DNA of 64,000 bases. It comes from a virus. Of the stretch, positions 59,148-64,000 are shown piece by piece. Location: the IMG/VR virus record IMGVR_UViG_3300017917_001271, positions 1 to 64,000 of that record; one strand, written 5' to 3'. The notes beneath the pieces were generated by a model. That model was not told where the DNA came from. It searched no databases and saw nothing but the letters and a program-made list of their open reading frames with translations. Every line of letters starts with the position of its first letter. The first letter of the stretch is position 1. Position numbers and translations under genes: made by a program.

Positions 59148-59634
59148 AGTCACCTTCCTCTGCTAATTTCGTGGCAGTTGAATTTTTATTATCAACTTTG
59201 GCTTTGCGCTCTTGTTCAAATTTTTCAACATCTTTGATAGCAGACTTCAAAGTCTCTGCATAGTTCAGGGCCTGTTGCTTGCTCATCAATGTAGTAGTTT
59301 CTGCTCGAATGTACCCTTTAATCCAAACAGCCCATGTTAATTTAAGTCTTGTGAAAAAGCCGTTTATGATGTCTTTAATAGTCCAGTCAAATTCTTGTAG
59401 CCATGGATTGTCGATATCATATCTTTTTGCTACAGTTTCCTTCCAGTAATCAGTTTTAACAGTAGCGTAGGTGTTTACACTAACACCAGTTTCTTCTGCT
59501 TCTACTTCTACAGTTAAGGTATGATCAGGTTGTCCACAACCGCAGACAACCTGATACCATTTGCTGTTGCCGTAGTCGTTTGATTTTAAAATACCTTCTG
59601 CTGGAACTTGGGCAGTATTATTTGTATCACTCAT
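59140..59634 (-). CDS. Hypothetical protein
   Basis: Likely start MSDTNN; CGCGQPDH motif. Confidence 0.7.
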   Translation of the reverse strand: MSDTNNTAQVPAEGILKSNDYGNSKWYQVVCGCGQPDHTLTVEVEAEETGVSVNTYATVKTDYWKETVAKRYDIDNPWLQEFDWTIKDIINGFFTRLKLTWAVWIKGYIRAETTTLMSKQQALNYAETLKSAIKDVEKFEQERKAKVDNKNSTATKLAEEGDCV

Positions 59635-59845
59635 AGTCTTCTTCAAACCACTCGTCTACCATTTGCTCTGCTTCTTTCTGTGTAAGAGCATGAACAAAAA
59701 TACGAGCAAGTTCTCCTTGTGTATGTTGTATATCAAATTTGACAACGCCACTAGGAATACGATCAAAATCTCTAAGAACTACAAATTCTTGTAAGTTTCT
59801 AGCGCGGTCAATTAGTTGTTGTGTTAAGTCATGTGCAGTTGTCAT
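59627..59845 (-). CDS. Hypothetical protein
   Basis: 72 aa, ATGA-coupled to folE. Confidence 0.65.
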   Translation of the reverse strand: MTTAHDLTQQLIDRARNLQEFVVLRDFDRIPSGVVKFDIQHTQGELARIFVHALTQKEAEQMVDEWFEEDYE

Positions 59846-60651
59846 CTTGGGGCAAACTCCTGTTGCATTTTAATATTATCAAAGAATTCTTTCTTTGTAC
59901 CGTGGTCATCTTTAAAAGCGCCTTTTAATACCGTAGTTTGTGTTAGGCTACTATGCGCCATAATGCCTCTGTTTTCACAACACCCGTGTGTTGCTTGAAT
60001 ATAAACACCTAAATCTTTTGCTCCGGTTGCTTTGGCGATCTCGCGAGCAATATCATTAGCAAGTTCCTCCTGGAGAGTACCACGTCTTGCACACCACTGT
60101 GCGATGCGGGTGTACTTAGAAAGTCCAATGAGCTTCTCAGCTGCAATAAGACCAATATAGGCAACACCATTAACGGGTTGGTGATGATGGCTACACATAC
60201 TGCGAAGCTCACTACGAACAACCAGCATACCTTCATAACGGTCCTGTGAGTCGTTTGGAAATGCTGTTGCGTCTGGTGCTGGTTCATATCTTCCACTCAT
60301 TATTTCGTTGAAGTACATTTTAGCCAATCGCTTCGCTGTACCATGCGAATTAGGATCTGTTTCGCGATCAATTAGAAGTGTATCTAGAACTTGTTCAAAT
60401 GCCTTTGTAGCTTCTTTGATTAGTTGTTCTTTATCTTCTTCGCTGACGTAATCGCTGATATTGTCGCCAGCCCAGAAGCGTTTTTTATCTGATTTCATTC
60501 TTTCACGAATGACTTGTGCAAGATTCTTTTCTGGAGGAGCTGCTGGCGCTTTTACATATACAGGTGTTTCAACTTGTACGTATTCATCTTTTTTAAATTC
60601 TGTATTAACATCTGCGTTAAGTACAGGATCTGGTGTAAATTTTGTTGTCAA
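59842..60651 (-). CDS. folE: GTP cyclohydrolase I
   Basis: SMCSHHHQP, IGLSKYTR, LQEEL, HGCCENRG; TTG start with GGAGA SD. Confidence 0.93.
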   Translation of the reverse strand: MTTKFTPDPVLNADVNTEFKKDEYVQVETPVYVKAPAAPPEKNLAQVIRERMKSDKKRFWAGDNISDYVSEEDKEQLIKEATKAFEQVLDTLLIDRETDPNSHGTAKRLAKMYFNEIMSGRYEPAPDATAFPNDSQDRYEGMLVVRSELRSMCSHHHQPVNGVAYIGLIAAEKLIGLSKYTRIAQWCARRGTLQEELANDIAREIAKATGAKDLGVYIQATHGCCENRGIMAHSSLTQTTVLKGAFKDDHGTKKEFFDNIKMQQEFAPR

Positions 60652-60693
60652 TTATATTCTCCGAGTTAAGGCGGTGGATCGCCATAATACTGT

Positions 60694-60722
60694 ATTATAC
60701 ATTCTTATTTAGGTTTTTGCAA
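60694..60722 (-). promoter_or_regulatory. Sigma70-type promoter with an embedded late box for the folE-queE unit
   Basis: TTGCAA (60722-60717), 17 bp, TATAAT (60699-60694); CTAAATA in the spacer. Confidence 0.65.
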
Positions 60723-60926
60723 ATTTTCTTTAAAATTTTCTGCTCGAATTTTACGACATTCTTCTTTGATGTTGTTCGGAATGTCAGGATGCCATTCTGC
60801 CATACCGCAGTCATAGGTTCGACCCTGCTGTTTCGGAAATAAAAATATCATAACAAGCAAAGCTATAACAGACGCAATCACTACTACGGCTATTTCTATA
60901 TTTTCTCGCTTAATAAAATGCGGCAT
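60705..60926 (-). CDS. Small membrane protein
   Basis: One hydrophobic helix, then YDCGMAEWHPDIP...EC. Confidence 0.65.
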   Translation of the reverse strand: MPHFIKRENIEIAVVVIASVIALLVMIFLFPKQQGRTYDCGMAEWHPDIPNNIKEECRKIRAENFKENLQKPK

Positions 60927-61150
60927 AAATCTGCGTCCTTTTTTGTTTTAAAATGAAAGTCCATATAGTTAGGCGTCGGATGGCTAGTAAATCTATCTCC
61001 TGGCAATCCAAATACTTCTACTACATCTGCACATACTTCGTTCCACCAGTATTTGTTTTGTCCGTCCCATGGTAGACGAATTGTTGTATCTGGATTTGGA
61101 AATAAAAATTCCTCTCCAGCTACTTTATGCTTTCGAGTTACGTTCTTCAT
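60896..61150 (-). CDS. Hypothetical protein
   Basis: 84 aa; WWNEVCADVVEVFGLPG. Confidence 0.65.
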   Translation of the reverse strand: MKNVTRKHKVAGEEFLFPNPDTTIRLPWDGQNKYWWNEVCADVVEVFGLPGDRFTSHPTPNYMDFHFKTKKDADLCRILLSEKI

Positions 61151-61301
61151 TTCGTAGTACTCTTAGTTCGTCTTCTAGATAAGATTTATATTCGCTTAAT
61201 ACTTCGAACTTTCTACTAGAGTCACCTGTAGATCTTAACTCGGCCAAATCCTCTTCAACCTTGGCAATTTTTTCTTTTATTGCTTCGATAGTTAGACTCA
61301 T
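61125..61301 (-). CDS. 58-aa coiled-coil microprotein
   Basis: Below the ORF-track cutoff; MSLTIEAIKEKIAKVEEDLAELR...; ATGA overlap; fills the gap. Confidence 0.6.
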   Translation of the reverse strand: MSLTIEAIKEKIAKVEEDLAELRSTGDSSRKFEVLSEYKSYLEDELRVLRNEERNSKA

Positions 61302-61495
61302 TTTTTTGATCCAAATCGCAATCCTGTTACACTACCAAACAACAGTAGAAAAGCAGCCCACGTCTGCCATGTATAAGGAATATTAAGTACAGGGAACAAA
61401 GTATTGAGCGACCAAATGCCTAGCAGAGGTCCAACAATAATAACTGCTACTAGCAGGGCAATACCAAATATTAATTTTACAATCGTTTTAATCAT
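61298..61495 (-). CDS. Small two-helix membrane protein
   Basis: Likely start MIKTIVK at 61495 (ATGA overlap, GGAGG SD). Confidence 0.7.
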   Translation of the reverse strand: MIKTIVKLIFGIALLVAVIIVGPLLGIWSLNTLFPVLNIPYTWQTWAAFLLLFGSVTGLRFGSKK

Positions 61496-62040
61496 TTCCA
61501 AAATTCCTCCCAAGGATACACTAACCAACAATCTTCTTCGCGTTTATCAACGGTCCATACATGATAGTCTGGATCTTTGAACTTGCTTCCAAAGTTGTGC
61601 GTTAGTACAGCAAAGCGAACGTTATCCCCCCAAATTCGATTCCATTCGGGATCATTGGGAAAACATCCGCTAGGCCAATCTTCTTTAATCCAGTTAATTG
61701 TAGACCCTTGGTCATTGATATCGTCTACAATTAGGATTTTCTTTTTAAGTTTTTCAACCCACTTGTGACCACCAAACTCTTTACTACGGTCTGATGGTAC
61801 AGCACCGATTGCATCTTCCGCCATCCACAGATTACTTTCACTTTCGGAATTATCACGAAGGCTAACATTCAGTGTATGCATCTTAATGCCGGTGTACTGG
61901 CTGAGCAGGTTAGCCGGAACAAGTCCACCGCGGGTTATACCAACAATATAGTCAGGCTTCCAGTCGTGTGCTGACATTTGGCGAGCAATGTCTAGTACTG
62001 CTCCTTCAACTTGACTCCAGCTATAGTATATTTTCTTCAT
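61492..62040 (-). CDS. Type I purine phosphoribosyltransferase (Gpt-like)
   Basis: IVGITRGGLVPA, PRPP motif ILIVDDINDQGST, WLVYPWE. Confidence 0.88.
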   Translation of the reverse strand: MKKIYYSWSQVEGAVLDIARQMSAHDWKPDYIVGITRGGLVPANLLSQYTGIKMHTLNVSLRDNSESESNLWMAEDAIGAVPSDRSKEFGGHKWVEKLKKKILIVDDINDQGSTINWIKEDWPSGCFPNDPEWNRIWGDNVRFAVLTHNFGSKFKDPDYHVWTVDKREEDCWLVYPWEEFWK

Positions 62041-62276
62041 ACTGTTAAGCAGTAAGAAAGTTTTTGAATTTCATCTTTAGTCATATGAAAGTTATAGGTG
62101 CTTGACTGCCAGACTTCGCCGTCTTCGTTTAGACTTTCTTGAATAAGATTGATAGAAAAGAGTCCTTTAGGATTTACAGATTCCCACTTTTCCATGCGTA
62201 GTCGGAATCCTTCACTTTCATTAATAGTTGCTTCTTTAAATGTTTGTAAAACATCAGGATGTAGTTGTGTTCTCAT
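62037..62276 (-). CDS. Hypothetical protein
   Basis: 79 aa, coupled to the PRTase gene. Confidence 0.65.
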   Translation of the reverse strand: MRTQLHPDVLQTFKEATINESEGFRLRMEKWESVNPKGLFSINLIQESLNEDGEVWQSSTYNFHMTKDEIQKLSYCLTV

Positions 62277-62646
62277 TGCCTTTTAACCTTTCAAAAGTTT
62301 TATATTTTTCCAATTCTTTCATGTACTGTTTGTACAATTCTTTAAGTTTTGGATATTTAGATTCTAGTATAACATCTCTTGTGGGAATTTGCAACACCGT
62401 TTCAATTGTAGATAGCCGTTCTTCTAAATCGAGGCCATTTATTTTAACAGATCCTTTAACTTCCAATGTTGCTTTGTCTTCTAGTACAACTTTGTTTTCT
62501 CCGTGTGGTATTGTCATTACAGGAGTGCCATTTGAATTATTAAAGTTAGTAGTAGGTTGAGTCCATGCTGTAGTGTAGGATGTACCGTTTGAACCAGATA
62601 AAATAGATCCTGCTGTAGGGTAATTTATTTTATAAGAATTGGCCAT
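62254..62646 (-). CDS. Hypothetical protein, S/T-rich N-terminus
   Basis: 130 aa; KYPKLKELY C-terminal helix. Confidence 0.65.
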   Translation of the reverse strand: MANSYKINYPTAGSILSGSNGTSYTTAWTQPTTNFNNSNGTPVMTIPHGENKVVLEDKATLEVKGSVKINGLDLEERLSTIETVLQIPTRDVILESKYPKLKELYKQYMKELEKYKTFERLKGNENTTTS

Positions 62647-62990
62647 TACGGTTTGATCCTTTTTTCAGGAGGACTATCATAATCGTCTTTAACCAAATTA
62701 TAAGTAGTTTTGAACTTATCGAATGCAAGTTTTAGACCCGGATACATTTCGCACATTTTTTGCATTCTGTGCCAATCGGGAAATGTATCTACCCATTCTA
62801 CAGGTGTATGCCATGTATTGGTATATGAATCTGTAGAACCAATGGTATATGTACCAGAAGCTCCAGTGTTGCTTAAAGTAATTGTACTGGCTGTACCAGT
62901 TATTGTTGATGTTGTTATACTTGATAAATCAATAGTGATCGTGTCACTTGATGTTATTGAGTAAATTGGTTGCACTGAAGAAGTGTTCAT
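62646..62990 (-). CDS. Hypothetical protein, S/T-rich N-terminus
   Basis: Likely start MNTSSVQP at 62990 (the longer track ORF overlaps the GT); MYPGLKLAF C-terminal helix. Confidence 0.6.
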   Translation of the reverse strand: MNTSSVQPIYSITSSDTITIDLSSITTSTITGTASTITLSNTGASGTYTIGSTDSYTNTWHTPVEWVDTFPDWHRMQKMCEMYPGLKLAFDKFKTTYNLVKDDYDSPPEKRIKP

Positions 62991-64000
62991 GTAAGTCTCT
63001 TGCCTGTTTGCGCACAGTAGGAATAAACTTTGTATAGTTTTCCATAAACTGTATGATCTTACTGCACAAGAATGGTCTCGATGCTTCGTAAGAGTTGTAA
63101 TCTTCTGTCCAAGTACTCGGATACTTGAATCCTTCATAATACATCTCTGTGTAGCTGAGTCTATCTGGAACCATAGGAATTGCATCCACAACCGCGCCTT
63201 CATAACAAGAAATTCCAAGAGTTTCTTGTAAGTTAGCACTAAACACAATTTTAGCTTCGCCTAACAAATTATGATATTCATTCTTTGTTAGTTGTTGATC
63301 CTGACACACAACAAATTCGTATTGTGGTAGATGGTCTTTTAAATCTCTAAAGATTTCAACCTGCTTCTCTGGTGCGATGCGGTGTGGAAACAAAATAAGG
63401 TTGCGCTTGGGCATATTTTTATATGGAGTTAAGATATCATCCATATATTCCATAGGCCAACCACTACGAACAATTTTGCCCATCTCCTTAAAGCCTTCAA
63501 TGCTTTGAGGCATTGACAAGTGCAGGAGATTTTTACAAAACATATCGATGTGAAACTCTGTTGCAAAGTAATTATGATCGATTGCTTCGAAAAAACTCTT
63601 CTCTGCAAAACGCACCCAGGGAGCGTCGCCGATGAGACGACCTAGGAAGTCTTGTGGATCATAACTGCCGGCATGCCATAGCGCATGAATCTTGACAGGA
63701 ATGCCAAGAAGTTCGCTCATGTACTTCAGGTTAATAATGCCCGGATGCCAAGCGTCAGTAAAAATAAAGTGGTCGCCAGCATGAATGCGTCCATCGCAAA
63801 ATAGTCTACCAATCTTTTCAACTTGAGCAGACTTATAGATATTAGTCCCACCAAAGTTAAGGAAAGCGCCAGGAGTGGTAGCACGAGGGATATCTTCAGG
63901 GCCGTCAATAATTTGAACATTGTGACCTGCCTTTTTAAGTAAATGAGGTACATGAGTCTTCCATTGACCCGTGTACCTCGTATCAACGGCTTCTAAATCA
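62944..64000 (-). CDS. GT-B fold glycosyltransferase (5' end beyond the window)
   Basis: Frame is open to the window edge (DLEAVDTRYTGQW...); FPHRIAPEKQ and QETLGISCYEG (E-x7-E) motifs. Confidence 0.8.
   Translation of the reverse strand, partial: DLEAVDTRYTGQWKTHVPHLLKKAGHNVQIIDGPEDIPRATTPGAFLNFGGTNIYKSAQVEKIGRLFCDGRIHAGDHFIFTDAWHPGIINLKYMSELLGIPVKIHALWHAGSYDPQDFLGRLIGDAPWVRFAEKSFFEAIDHNYFATEFHIDMFCKNLLHLSMPQSIEGFKEMGKIVRSGWPMEYMDDILTPYKNMPKRNLILFPHRIAPEKQVEIFRDLKDHLPQYEFVVCQDQQLTKNEYHNLLGEAKIVFSANLQETLGISCYEGAVVDAIPMVPDRLSYTEMYYEGFKYPSTWTEDYNSYEASRPFLCSKIIQFMENYTKFIPTVRKQARDLHEHFFSATNLLNNIK

Noticed and set aside
1-64000. Stop-codon reassignment (TAG is rare as a stop)
   Set aside because: Genes up to 14.9 kb are uninterrupted in code 11, and TAG does end the ORF at 60896.

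Overview
AT-rich 64-kb segment of a large lytic tailed phage with a contractile tail and T4-related core genes, read in the standard genetic code. No tRNA, rRNA, CRISPR array or integrase is visible. Block 1 (1-11.8 kb, mostly minus strand): acidic scaffold-like protein (partial), portal, tape-measure-like protein, a divergent tail/hub chaperone pair, a small GIY-YIG nuclease, gp46/gp47 and a gp55-like late sigma factor. Block 2 (11.9-48.8 kb, plus strand): baseplate and tail operon with a 4966-aa protein, several fibre proteins and four glycosyltransferases. Block 3 (48.8-64 kb, minus strand): thyX, vWA-peptidase/MoxR, RNase H-like nuclease, 2OG-oxygenase, queE, MazG-like, folE, phosphoribosyltransferase and a GT-B glycosyltransferase. 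The strongest unexplained signal is the longest non-coding stretch (7029-7494). It folds on the minus strand into a multi-helix RNA of about 360 nt starting at the GIY-YIG stop codon, followed by GNA-triloop DNA mini-hairpins; a related hairpin cluster lies inside the gp46 coding sequence. Other candidates are a -1 frameshift in the tail chaperone, a possibly DpdA-independent 7-deazaguanine pathway with an SD-sequestering pseudoknot in the folE leader, a recurring 12-bp motif at late promoters, and a possible virion-glycosylation module. All protein calls come from recognising motifs by eye; no database search or folding program was run.
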